Translations under genes and position numbers: made by a program | The notes under the pieces: model-generated | Told to the model about the DNA's origin: nothing | Databases searched by the model: none | The model's input: only the letters and a program-made list of their open reading frames with translations | Shown here: one piece after another, positions 1 through 9,370 of the stretch | How positions within the stretch are numbered: position 1 is the first letter of the stretch | How the letters are laid out: each line of letters begins with the position of its first letter | Virus record (IMG/VR): IMGVR_UViG_3300032304_001710 | Location: 1 to 58,261 of that record | Reading direction: 5' to 3' (one strand) | From: a virus | Lineage: Duplodnaviria > Caudoviricetes | DNA length: 58,261 nucleotides

Positions 1-123
1 AATGACCAATTCAACAACATTGGCAAACGTACACAAGACTGGGCAAAATCCTTGGAAAAACGAAAAGAGCTTGGGACCTTGTATCGACAAGCCGCAAAAC
101 TCTTGACAGATTCCCCAATAGCT
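1..123 (+). repeat. Terminal direct repeat, copy 1 (circular assembly overlap)
   Basis: Identical to 58139-58261 (aatgaccaattc...ccccaatagct). Confidence 0.95.
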
Positions 124-303
124 ACTATTAATGACGCTACCACGTTGATTACTGACTCAAAAGCTAAACTACTTGGTACGGATAGTTCAAAGTACTCCAT
201 ACTATTTGAAAACCTAAATGCAGACCTACGTTCAAGATGGCCGCTATCTAGGATGGACTACGCTCTGTACCTCGCAGCAATAGCAACCGGCTTGGAGAAC
301 TAA
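1..303 (+). CDS. C-terminal part of the junction-spanning secreted protein
   Basis: In-frame continuation of the 57704 ORF; includes track ORF 52..303. Confidence 0.75.
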   Translation, partial: NDQFNNIGKRTQDWAKSLEKRKELGTLYRQAAKLLTDSPIATINDATTLITDSKAKLLGTDSSKYSILFENLNADLRSRWPLSRMDYALYLAAIATGLEN

Positions 304-305
304 TC

Positions 306-1358
306 GTGACTAACCAAATAGTTCCAGACTCAGATATTCATTTAGTACGTGGTCCTATGGGTTGGGGTGACGACAACAACACTCCAATCGATAAACGTCA
401 CGATCACGAATCCAGGCTATTCGACAAACTAGCCTCAGATATGCCAGTAGCATATCGAGCTAGAGAATCTGTTGAAATCAACAACCCAATGATGGATCGT
501 CTTCGTAAACTTCATGACTCGAAAAACTACGGTTCTGATTCTTATGATCTAACATTGATCGATGAAATGATCTACGGCAAACGTCTTCAATGGCTACCAC
601 AGAAGACAGGTTCTTGTATTGTATCTAATACGTTTAGACCTTGGACACGTAGAGCATTGTTCGAAGTAGTTGTAAAAGGTGACGCTGAAGAACTACTAGG
701 TCGTAACGAGTTCAGTACTAACAACTTATCTTTCTACGCACCTTTCAGCTACGGTTGTGGTCGGCGTAGAGGAAACCTCAAAGGTAACACTGAACGGAAT
801 GACGGTTCTTGGTGTGAAATTCAGTATGAATCACTTATTAAAGATGGGGTTATTCTTTGCAACAATGGTAAACTCTTAGAGATTCTAAGTAAGCTTAATG
901 CTGTTGGAGATCAAGATTTTCCAGAACCCCAAAACAACAGTGTGTATCGAAGATTTCAAAACTGGGAATTTCTAGATACTCTTTTACCGTTTACGGATTT
1001 CAGGTTACTAGAGTCTCCAAGAGTAACCGATATCGATTCCCATCTTGCATTACATAAACAATTCAAACCAATGTCAGTTTGTTCTGGCATTGCTATTCAT
1101 AAGATCGGAACACATAAAGATGGTTTCCCGATCCACGCACAAAACCCAAGAGACTCATGGGGGCATTGCATGAGCTTCCAAGGATACTTTACTGCATCAG
1201 ATAGTAAAGTCTATGTAAAACTTTCAAACGAGTCTTGGGGGCCTAACCTCATTTACAACATACCAGTTGAAGAAGTATCAAGATGGTACTCTCGAAAAGC
1301 TGTAACTGTTCAAGCAGTAGGTGAAATTGATCTACCTGATTCTGTACCACTTTTATAA
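306..1358 (+). CDS. Papain-like (C1-type) cysteine peptidase, possibly lysis-related
   Basis: Q-x-x-GSC (QKTGSCIV), DGSW, WGHCM and NESWG motifs match the papain catalytic Cys/His/Asn layout. Confidence 0.7.
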   Translation: MTNQIVPDSDIHLVRGPMGWGDDNNTPIDKRHDHESRLFDKLASDMPVAYRARESVEINNPMMDRLRKLHDSKNYGSDSYDLTLIDEMIYGKRLQWLPQKTGSCIVSNTFRPWTRRALFEVVVKGDAEELLGRNEFSTNNLSFYAPFSYGCGRRRGNLKGNTERNDGSWCEIQYESLIKDGVILCNNGKLLEILSKLNAVGDQDFPEPQNNSVYRRFQNWEFLDTLLPFTDFRLLESPRVTDIDSHLALHKQFKPMSVCSGIAIHKIGTHKDGFPIHAQNPRDSWGHCMSFQGYFTASDSKVYVKLSNESWGPNLIYNIPVEEVSRWYSRKAVTVQAVGEIDLPDSVPLL

Positions 1359-1374
1359 CCCAGAAAGTTCTTAA

Positions 1375-1788
1375 ATGATTTACTTGATTTCCCAAACTGA
1401 AGTAGCAAACCAAGCTCACAGATTTCTTATCGAAGACAAATACACTATTACTGGTGTGCTACTCGTTGTAGTTGTTGTTATCGTATTAGGAATCTGGAAA
1501 CTTAGTTCTTGGTTTGGAAAAGAAATAGTTATTCCATTTAGAGACAAGGGACTAAAAGTAATGGAATCTCACTTAGATAAAGTAGACGGAACTTTGGAAA
1601 CTATGGGGACTACAATGGTAGACATATCCAAGTCTCTAACCCAAATGGCCGCAACTCAAATAGTGAACACCCAAAGGCTTGACACAATCGAAGAAAAAGT
1701 AGATAACCTTGATAGCAAGATTGGAAACTTAGACAGTCACATGAAGCTTCAAGACAACAAAATCGACTCTATTTCTAGGAGCCACTAA
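1375..1788 (+). CDS. Single-TM coiled-coil membrane protein (holin/spanin-like candidate)
   Basis: Hydrophobic ITGVLLVVVVVIVLGIW followed by a heptad-rich C-terminus; adjacent to the peptidase. Confidence 0.5.
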   Translation: MIYLISQTEVANQAHRFLIEDKYTITGVLLVVVVVIVLGIWKLSSWFGKEIVIPFRDKGLKVMESHLDKVDGTLETMGTTMVDISKSLTQMAATQIVNTQRLDTIEEKVDNLDSKIGNLDSHMKLQDNKIDSISRSH

Positions 1789-1790
1789 CA

Positions 1791-2114
1791 ATGACATACG
1801 AATCACTTACTAACGATGCAGATGACACACTCCTTCAAGACGTTCCAACAAGTCTAAAAGTACGTGATCAAAGACTCATTATCAAGTTAGTTAATAAGTA
1901 CTCTAGTCGAGTTACTGGAAAGACAAAAACTGAACGTGAAGCTCAAATAGCTGAACTTCGTAGCGAAATCGAAAATGATAAAGAGCTATATAAAATCGAT
2001 GTAATGACAATACTAGCTATTGTCAATTTAATTCTTACTCTAATCAAATTCTTCAAAGATCGTAAAGCTAATCGTTTACGTGCTCGTCGTGGTCGAATTG
2101 AACTACATCGTTAA
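1791..2114 (+). CDS. Hypothetical membrane protein
   Basis: C-terminal hydrophobic segment and basic tail. Confidence 0.55.
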   Translation: MTYESLTNDADDTLLQDVPTSLKVRDQRLIIKLVNKYSSRVTGKTKTEREAQIAELRSEIENDKELYKIDVMTILAIVNLILTLIKFFKDRKANRLRARRGRIELHR

Positions 2115-2167
2115 TCAAGGAAATACAGTTTTACAAAACGTACTTAAACAACAAGGAGATAGACTCG

Positions 2168-2734
2168 ATGATCGAATGGCTTGTTTTCATCATTGTTTCT
2201 TGGCTGGCTGCTGACTTCATTGCAGGTTTGTTTCATTGGTGGGAAGACACCTACCTGACGCAAAGCGACTCGTTTATAGGGCGTCTGATCGGTGGACCGA
2301 ATCAGCTCCACCATATGGACCAGTACGCTTTTCTCAAGGGTTCGTACTGGAAGCGGAACTACACCACAATCGTTCCAAGCCTTGTTGCAATGCTGATCTG
2401 CTTAGCTTTCGAGCCACTACTAAACGGATGGCTTACAATGCTGTTTTTATCTCAAGCAAATCAAATTCATGCACTCTCGCACAGCAAAGGGAGGAACGGC
2501 TGGTTGGTTGTTTTGATGCAACGTCTGTACATATTTCAAAGCCCAAAACATCATTCTGTTCATCACCGAAACCCGTTTCATGTTAGGTATTGCGTTATGA
2601 CGCCGATCCTAAATCCAGTGCTCGATGCTGTTTCTTTTTGGCGAGTCCTGGAGTTTTTTGTGTTGGCGGTTTTTTGGATTCCACCGAGGTTAAATCATGG
2701 ATTGAAATTTGATATGGTCCCAGAAGATACTTAA
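2168..2734 (+). CDS. CarF/TMEM189 (Kua/FAD4)-like His-box lipid desaturase
   Basis: ADFxxGLFHWWED, NQLHH, NQIHALSH and HHSVHH His boxes, YC..T..LNPVLD...FWR; TM segments; AGGAG RBS. Confidence 0.85.
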   Translation: MIEWLVFIIVSWLAADFIAGLFHWWEDTYLTQSDSFIGRLIGGPNQLHHMDQYAFLKGSYWKRNYTTIVPSLVAMLICLAFEPLLNGWLTMLFLSQANQIHALSHSKGRNGWLVVLMQRLYIFQSPKHHSVHHRNPFHVRYCVMTPILNPVLDAVSFWRVLEFFVLAVFWIPPRLNHGLKFDMVPEDT

Positions 2735-2984
2735 AATCATGGAATCACATTTGTTGAAATCTGAACAACACGATCCTGAAAATGGTTTTGTAGTTGACTT
2801 TGAAAACACCTTACAGGAAAACAATCAAGTGATTGGAAATCTTGCTTATAGAGTAGCTGTTCCTGGAGTTTTTTTATTATTAGACCTAGTTCCGTGTAAG
2901 CTGGGTTCTGAGCTTATTCCTACTTGCGCTTTTTTAACCGCGACCATTATTGGTCTTGACCCAACAAAAGTAAAACAAAGATGA
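2709..2984 (+). CDS. Hypothetical protein (start uncertain)
   Basis: ORF fills the gap; its stop overlaps the next ATG (ATGA). Confidence 0.4.
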   Translation: MIWSQKILKIMESHLLKSEQHDPENGFVVDFENTLQENNQVIGNLAYRVAVPGVFLLLDLVPCKLGSELIPTCAFLTATIIGLDPTKVKQR

Positions 2985-5119
2985 AGGCAGCATTTGACCA
3001 AGTGTTCAATGAGTCAATGACGCAAACACCAATTGGAGGCCCTTACGATGCTTCTGCTATAAATCGAGGCAAGCATACAGGCTTGTTTAACCTTGGTGCT
3101 GGTGATCTCGACAAATTCATTGGACCAGCACCAATCGGTGTGGGTAATTTGGCTGAAACCTCATTAGCGATGCCTTCACCATTTATCCAACCTGTCAAAA
3201 TATCTAACGATCTGTTTTGGGTGTTTGGTACTGATGGAGGATCAGCAGCAGCTACTCGACGTGTTCAGCTTTGGACCTGGGTTCCTAGCACAAATACTTA
3301 CTCTTTAGTAGGAGCGGTCAATTGCACATTTCCCACAGCGACTGGTCACACTGTACGTGGGTTCCGAGCTATTCTTGAGAACTATAGTGTGGGTACTGTT
3401 GGAGTTTCTGGACTCACCGTGACAGGTCTTGGTTCTGAGTGGAATACTGGTCTTTCAGTTGGGTCCCGTATTGGTTTTGGTTCGACGGACCCTAACGCCA
3501 TTACCACATGGTATCAGATTAGTGCTATCAATTCTGACACTTCTATCACTTTGACAACAAATGCAGGAGTTATCTCAGCGGGTTCTGCATACGTGATTCA
3601 AGATTTGATGCTAATCCAAGCAACCACAAACGCTACTGCAACAAACGGCGGATTGTTCATCACTAAAGGCTTGCAGTTTGCTGATTTTCAAAATCCAGCT
3701 TCTTCCATACCTGCGGCTACTACTGTCGATAAAATTAAAGCAACCTACTGGCTTCGCGATGCAGCAGTCATCACTAATGATGTGATTGGTGGATGTGCTC
3801 TAGGTGATCGAGATTCATGGTCCCAGCAGTATGTCTATTGCACTGAAGGAGCAGCTACTTCCCTGCAAATATATCGATACAACATTCGGACTCCTTTGAC
3901 ACCAACTGCTGGAGCTTTTATATTGACTGGCTCTGATATCGTGGTCACTGGTAGCCAAACAGTAACAGGTAACATATCTCAAGCGAATAATGGCCGCGTA
4001 GCTACTCTGGCTCACGGTCCCGGCAATGGTATTCCTAGCCTTTATCTCTTCACCGCAAGCCGTATTCTGCGTGTGCCGCTTGCTAATGTAATAGCGGGCA
4101 ACGTGATTTTCGTTGCGGATAGTATGTCCGAAGTTGCCCCTGGCGGATCGAACACCAATCTTTTGAATAGTACTTTTACTTCGTTTGACGTAGCAAACTC
4201 CCTCGACAAGCTGGTCATCACGGGTGCTACTTCAACCGGCACGATTTTTGTGACTGACTATTACACGGGCGGGCAGCAAATCGATCGTCGGGCCGGAGCT
4301 GTGGCCTCTCAGGTTCCGTCCGCACAACGTGATACGGATAGTCCTATTTTCGTTCACAATGTCGGCAATGGCACTCCTTTTATTTGGGTGGAAGACGGGT
4401 GGTTGTTCTGGGTCTATTCCCAAGCCACAACCGCCAACGTAAATGCTTTAACCGTTTATCCCCTAGCGGCGGACTCTGAGTTTCAGAATGATGTACCAAA
4501 CCGGATTATTGCACCAAAGATAAGCTTGGGAGACACTCCCGCGAAATTCTATCGGGTGCTAGTAAACGCTATGGAAAATCTGGGCGATCATTCAATGGGA
4601 GTGTCTCCCGATGCTTATCGCATCCAAGTCCGCACTAGTGGAATCAATGATAACTCAGGAGCATGGTTAGATGTCCCTCAATCTGGGGATCTTTCTGGAG
4701 TCAGCACTGCTGCTGAGATTCAATTTGCTTTCTTATTCAGAACAGCGGGAGTAATCATGCTTCCGGCTAGAATCTTAGCATTAGGTTTGATATACGAGAC
4801 CGAGGACTCGCTTCCAAGTCAGTACCGTTGGAACTTTGCGGACTTCAATCAAAGCAATGGGACGTTTGCTTGGGTTCAAGCGAATTTGTTTGGAACATCT
4901 CTGCCAGTACATACTATACAAGTGTATCGTGCAGACACTAATGCTCTTGTTTTGACTCAACAAAGTTCAGGAACAACAAACGGAGTCTTCCAACATTGGG
5001 ATGGAGCCAACTGGGTTGCCGGGCTAGGAACAGACTCCTTAAATCTACGCAGACGATTCGTGCCAAGTGGTTCTTTGCCAAGCGGTGTAGCTCTTTACGC
5101 TAAAATACTGGTGGTCTAA
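2981..5119 (+). CDS. Large Thr/Gly/Ala-rich beta protein, putative tail fibre or virion protein
   Basis: 712 aa; GTVGVSGLTVTGLGSEW fibre-like segment; beta-rich composition. Confidence 0.55.
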   Translation: MKAAFDQVFNESMTQTPIGGPYDASAINRGKHTGLFNLGAGDLDKFIGPAPIGVGNLAETSLAMPSPFIQPVKISNDLFWVFGTDGGSAAATRRVQLWTWVPSTNTYSLVGAVNCTFPTATGHTVRGFRAILENYSVGTVGVSGLTVTGLGSEWNTGLSVGSRIGFGSTDPNAITTWYQISAINSDTSITLTTNAGVISAGSAYVIQDLMLIQATTNATATNGGLFITKGLQFADFQNPASSIPAATTVDKIKATYWLRDAAVITNDVIGGCALGDRDSWSQQYVYCTEGAATSLQIYRYNIRTPLTPTAGAFILTGSDIVVTGSQTVTGNISQANNGRVATLAHGPGNGIPSLYLFTASRILRVPLANVIAGNVIFVADSMSEVAPGGSNTNLLNSTFTSFDVANSLDKLVITGATSTGTIFVTDYYTGGQQIDRRAGAVASQVPSAQRDTDSPIFVHNVGNGTPFIWVEDGWLFWVYSQATTANVNALTVYPLAADSEFQNDVPNRIIAPKISLGDTPAKFYRVLVNAMENLGDHSMGVSPDAYRIQVRTSGINDNSGAWLDVPQSGDLSGVSTAAEIQFAFLFRTAGVIMLPARILALGLIYETEDSLPSQYRWNFADFNQSNGTFAWVQANLFGTSLPVHTIQVYRADTNALVLTQQSSGTTNGVFQHWDGANWVAGLGTDSLNLRRRFVPSGSLPSGVALYAKILVV

Positions 5120-5361
5120 TGAATTTACAAGCAGGAGGAAACAGTTCAGTTCTTGTTATCGATCTTGGGACCCCCTCTCCCGTTCAAGACTTTTTAGTCT
5201 TAAATCAGAACGTTCAAATATCAAGTCTAAGTTCTCCATTATTAGGCAGTTATTTCCTTTTATCATCCGATGGTCCAGTATCGATAAGTATCGCTGCTCT
5301 GTTTTTGTTTCAATTCTACTGGCTTCAAAATCAACAATTAACTCTAGGGGATGGGCTATAA
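5119..5361 (+). CDS. Hypothetical protein
   Basis: TAATG translational coupling at both ends. Confidence 0.5.
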   Translation: MNLQAGGNSSVLVIDLGTPSPVQDFLVLNQNVQISSLSSPLLGSYFLLSSDGPVSISIAALFLFQFYWLQNQQLTLGDGL

Positions 5362-7202
5362 TGTACGCCAGAAATAACTCGAACCCTCTTCCAATCCTGC
5401 TCGGAGCTATTGTCAATGCTTCCACAGGAGTCATTCAAACCACAGATGTGTTAGTGAAAGTGTCTAAGGATTCGGGCTCGTTTGTTCCTGGAACGAACTC
5501 TCCTACCATTGAAGAAGGAGAGTGGAGCTACTCCCCTTCAACTGCTGAGACTGATTGTCTCAGCCTAAGGGTCATCCTGTACAAATCAGGGTGTTTTTCT
5601 CGAAGCAAGCAAGTAGTGTTCACTGCATCTTCTTCCTTTGGATATTCTGGCACGGATCAAAGCAAAATAGTAAATGCTTCATCTGCGGTCAATTTGTCTG
5701 GAACTTCTATCAAGTTGGCTGCTGATAATGCTACCCAGTCCAGTGTCAATTCTATCCCCACCAATCCATTACGAGACAACGATGCAAGACTCCTTTTCCT
5801 TGATGCGAGTATCGCAACCAGCACTAGTTCAGTCCTCGGAGCAATCACAGGACTAAACAACCTTTCTGCTAAAGCTAACTTGTTTGGTGCAGCAGTTCTT
5901 GAAGCACCAGAAACCGGATCATCAATCTATGAGTTTACTCTTGTAGTAAATGATGATGAAGGTAAGCTGGTCAATCTGGATACAGCACCGACAATTACAT
6001 CTACGAATTCCTCTGGTACGGATCGTTCAACAAACTTGTCAGCAGTCACCAACCCAAGTGTTGGACGATACAGATTCAATTACATTGTATCATCTACACA
6101 CCCCAGGGAAGGACTACGAATCGAAGCTAGTGGAACAACCAGCACAGAAGCTCGATACGCTATATGGGCAGGAGCAGTAGTTGACTTCGATCAATCAACC
6201 GTACTTGCTCAACTTGTATCAGACTTATCACTCAAACCAACCCTGGTACAAATCGAATCATCCACAATTCTAGCTAAAGAATTAACTGTTGCTAATCGAG
6301 CATCACAAACAAGTGTTAATGCTTTACCAAACACAACTAGAAATCTAGTGATGAACTCGATGCCTGGTGATGGTTGGACTACTGGATCGTTTGGAAATCG
6401 TTGGATTATTAGCAACAGCTCAAACAGAACAATTGGAGTCACAGGTCCTGAATCTGGTCATGTCCATGCTGTTATTCATGGAGCAGAAACAGAAGTGTTT
6501 GTACCAACAACTTTCAAAACATCGGTGTACGATACAATCACGGCTAACTTGTTAGCTACATCCCACACCAGCTACAGCACCCCAGGAACAGTAGGCAAAA
6601 CACTTACCGATACCAATGCCAGCCTATCAACTTTGCTAACTCGAATACCAGCAGCAACAACACAACTGGTAACTGACCTAGCTCTTATGCTAGTTGGTTC
6701 TGGTACAGCACTTGTAAGATGGACTGTAAATGCTCTCAGCTTAGCTCCATCTGGTGGTGGTGGAACTATCATAGCTACAGTAGCCGTACCATCAGTCCTA
6801 CAAAACACAGCATACGCATTAGATGAAATCTTAGTGTATCGAGGAACGTACTGGTCTTTCCAAATTCAAAACCTTGGCGATCTTACTTCGTACAACCAAA
6901 TATGGTTCTGTCTACGTAAACGTCAAAATGATGATGAACCGCAAAGTGACCTACTTATCGCTCTCAATGGTGGTTTGTTAGTAGCTAATAAAAAGACCAA
7001 CTCAATCCCAACATTGGCATCTCTAACTGTAACTGGTAGCAACGTGACTATTCAAGTAGATGAATCCATTACACAGTTCATTGACACAGGAAACAATTAC
7101 AACTATGATCTGAAAGGTAGGAATGTAGCTGGTCACACAATAATGCTACATGAGTCAGATAAGTTTGTAGTCAAACGTGATGTAACTAGGAGAATAGTCT
7201 AA
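5361..7202 (+). CDS. Putative tail fibre or virion protein with Ig/BppU-like domains
   Basis: 613 aa, Ser/Thr-rich; C-terminal YRG...DLT...YNYDLK pattern resembles baseplate-upper-like domains. Confidence 0.5.
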   Translation: MYARNNSNPLPILLGAIVNASTGVIQTTDVLVKVSKDSGSFVPGTNSPTIEEGEWSYSPSTAETDCLSLRVILYKSGCFSRSKQVVFTASSSFGYSGTDQSKIVNASSAVNLSGTSIKLAADNATQSSVNSIPTNPLRDNDARLLFLDASIATSTSSVLGAITGLNNLSAKANLFGAAVLEAPETGSSIYEFTLVVNDDEGKLVNLDTAPTITSTNSSGTDRSTNLSAVTNPSVGRYRFNYIVSSTHPREGLRIEASGTTSTEARYAIWAGAVVDFDQSTVLAQLVSDLSLKPTLVQIESSTILAKELTVANRASQTSVNALPNTTRNLVMNSMPGDGWTTGSFGNRWIISNSSNRTIGVTGPESGHVHAVIHGAETEVFVPTTFKTSVYDTITANLLATSHTSYSTPGTVGKTLTDTNASLSTLLTRIPAATTQLVTDLALMLVGSGTALVRWTVNALSLAPSGGGGTIIATVAVPSVLQNTAYALDEILVYRGTYWSFQIQNLGDLTSYNQIWFCLRKRQNDDEPQSDLLIALNGGLLVANKKTNSIPTLASLTVTGSNVTIQVDESITQFIDTGNNYNYDLKGRNVAGHTIMLHESDKFVVKRDVTRRIV

Positions 7203-8440
7203 TGGCAAAATTTGAAAAAGTTGTTTTGACCGAAGGTAAGTTTCGTCAATGGAACGAAGCTACTAAACAATACGAGATCGTTGAAGTCACCCCTGCTCGT
7301 TTAGAAAAACTTAGTAGCAATTTTCAAAAACAACAAGCCAAAGGAATGAGAATTCCTGGTCCTTGGAAACATGACTTTAACATCACAGCCTTGTCTACTG
7401 GCAATAACGGACTGCTAGAAGACTCAACCGTAAATGCAGGGTTCTGGGACAGCCTGGTAACAAAAGTACTAGACAATGGAAAAACAGCATTAGTTGGAAC
7501 TATTGACGCTCCTGGCGATCTAAATGATCCGAACACCCCTGCTGGTAAGATCGGAACTGTAGTCAAAGACACTTCGATCTACACTCGAAAAGACCTTCCG
7601 ATTACTTCTGGAGTAGATAAAGAAGAAGTGATTGAAGAAGGCATCATGCACATCGCTCTAGTTACCCACCCAATTGAACTGAACCAAGAGAACTTCAAGC
7701 TGCAAAACAGTAACGATATTCACTTAGTTATGTCTAATATGGTTGAAGAACCAGAAAAACAAGAACCTGAAGAAGAACCAGCTCAAAGTTCTTCAACCAT
7801 AACCCAACTGATTATTGACCTAAAAAATGTTTGCAAATTATTTCTGCCAGCCAATACAACTATTGACAATCTTGCAGAAAATTTGTCTATTGCAGTTGGG
7901 CAGTACCAATTGCTAAATTCCGAAGACGCTTCAGGCGTAAAACCCGATTTTTTTAAAGTGGAGCCATTACTAATGTCGCACCTTGACCCTACCCAGGTTG
8001 ATGCCTTGATTAACGGCAAAATTGTTAATCCAAAGACCAACAAACCCTATGCTAAAGAAGATTTTTCTTCTTCTTCTTCTCCAGAAGCAGATAAGGCGGC
8101 TAACCAAAATCTATTGGTTATGTCTGCTATGCAAAACCAAATGCAAGCAGATCGACGTAGAAGTTATCGAAGTCGTATTGACAATTTGGTTGCTACAAGT
8201 CGTACCACTCAAGCTTTTGCAGATGCTCAGCTATACCCTCAAGCTGACTCCTACAGTATTGATTTCAAAGACAACCAAATTGTTACTCCGATTGTAGAGA
8301 CTCTTTTGATGTCTCTTGAAGCTATGCCAGCACCAACACAATCTGATACGTCTGGATTGACTAGGGGTATCCTAGAGCCTGATAGTGCTAATGAACAAGA
8401 AATGACTGAAATGGCTAAGTACATGGCTTCTTTGGTCTAA
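7202..8440 (+). CDS. Mu-like prohead protease/scaffold
   Basis: HIALVTHP motif, acidic helical C-terminus, position ahead of decoration and capsid genes. Confidence 0.65.
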   Translation: MAKFEKVVLTEGKFRQWNEATKQYEIVEVTPARLEKLSSNFQKQQAKGMRIPGPWKHDFNITALSTGNNGLLEDSTVNAGFWDSLVTKVLDNGKTALVGTIDAPGDLNDPNTPAGKIGTVVKDTSIYTRKDLPITSGVDKEEVIEEGIMHIALVTHPIELNQENFKLQNSNDIHLVMSNMVEEPEKQEPEEEPAQSSSTITQLIIDLKNVCKLFLPANTTIDNLAENLSIAVGQYQLLNSEDASGVKPDFFKVEPLLMSHLDPTQVDALINGKIVNPKTNKPYAKEDFSSSSSPEADKAANQNLLVMSAMQNQMQADRRRSYRSRIDNLVATSRTTQAFADAQLYPQADSYSIDFKDNQIVTPIVETLLMSLEAMPAPTQSDTSGLTRGILEPDSANEQEMTEMAKYMASLV

Positions 8441-8489
8441 TACTTAACTTTCTAATTCAAATACAAACAAGAAACAAGGAAACACTTTT

Positions 8490-9320
8490 ATGTTTAGTTT
8501 TGATATGTTCGGGACAATGCCCGGTAATTTCATGGCTCCTTTCCAAGAGGTAGTAAATTCTACCAACATTACTTGGGGGAAACTCGATCAACAGATTTAC
8601 CTTGCAGCAGTAGTTGATGGATCGTCACGTGATGCTGGTAATACCAACTTCACTGATGTTCTTCGTCCTGGCTTGCTTCTCGGCAAAGTTACTTCAGGTG
8701 CAGACATTGGAAAGCTAAAGCAATGGAACCCTGATGCTACGGATGGAACCCAAAAGATTGTTGGCGTTCTTATGAGTGCTCAAAAAATACAACTCATGGG
8801 AACAGATCAAGATCGCTATGGGGGCTACATTCTCTTTGGTGGTTGTGTTAAGGCATCTGGACTTTGTATCGCTTCATCTACCAGTGATGGTATCGTAGGA
8901 AGTAGTCTCGAATTTGTAATTCGTCGCCAAATGGCTATGGCTTTCAGATTCGATGATGATCCTGCTGGTTACGTTCCTGGACAAATTACAAGTGTAGTTA
9001 CTGCTGACAGAACTTTGGTTGAATCCGAAGCAGGGCAACTCTTTGTAACTAATGGTGCTGGAGCAGTAACATTTACTCTTCCAGCTACTCCAAAGCGTGG
9101 TCTTGAGTATACATTCTACAATGCTGTTGACCAAAACATGATTATCACTTGTGCAACAACTGATATTCTTATTGCGTACAACGACATTGCTGCTGACTCT
9201 GTTGCTCTTAGTACAACATCCGAAAAAGTTGGTGGTTCGTTCCGAGTTATTGGAACTGGAACTAAATGGCTCGTTATTCCTAACCTTTGGGAAGCACAAA
9301 CCCCAACAATTGCTACCTAG
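8490..9320 (+). CDS. Head decoration protein with C-terminal extension
   Basis: LRPGLLLGKVT...WNPDATDGTQ..VGVL pattern of lambda gpD-like proteins; directly upstream of the capsid gene. Confidence 0.7.
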   Translation: MFSFDMFGTMPGNFMAPFQEVVNSTNITWGKLDQQIYLAAVVDGSSRDAGNTNFTDVLRPGLLLGKVTSGADIGKLKQWNPDATDGTQKIVGVLMSAQKIQLMGTDQDRYGGYILFGGCVKASGLCIASSTSDGIVGSSLEFVIRRQMAMAFRFDDDPAGYVPGQITSVVTADRTLVESEAGQLFVTNGAGAVTFTLPATPKRGLEYTFYNAVDQNMIITCATTDILIAYNDIAADSVALSTTSEKVGGSFRVIGTGTKWLVIPNLWEAQTPTIAT

Positions 9321-9370
9321 TAGCTAATTGATTCCTTCACTACAGAACTTCAAGAAAGAGAAACTTTACT

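Noticed and set aside
1-123. 123-bp terminal repeat as a biological direct terminal repeat
   Set aside because: It falls in the middle of a gene that reads through the junction, which fits an assembler overlap of a circular or permuted genome better.
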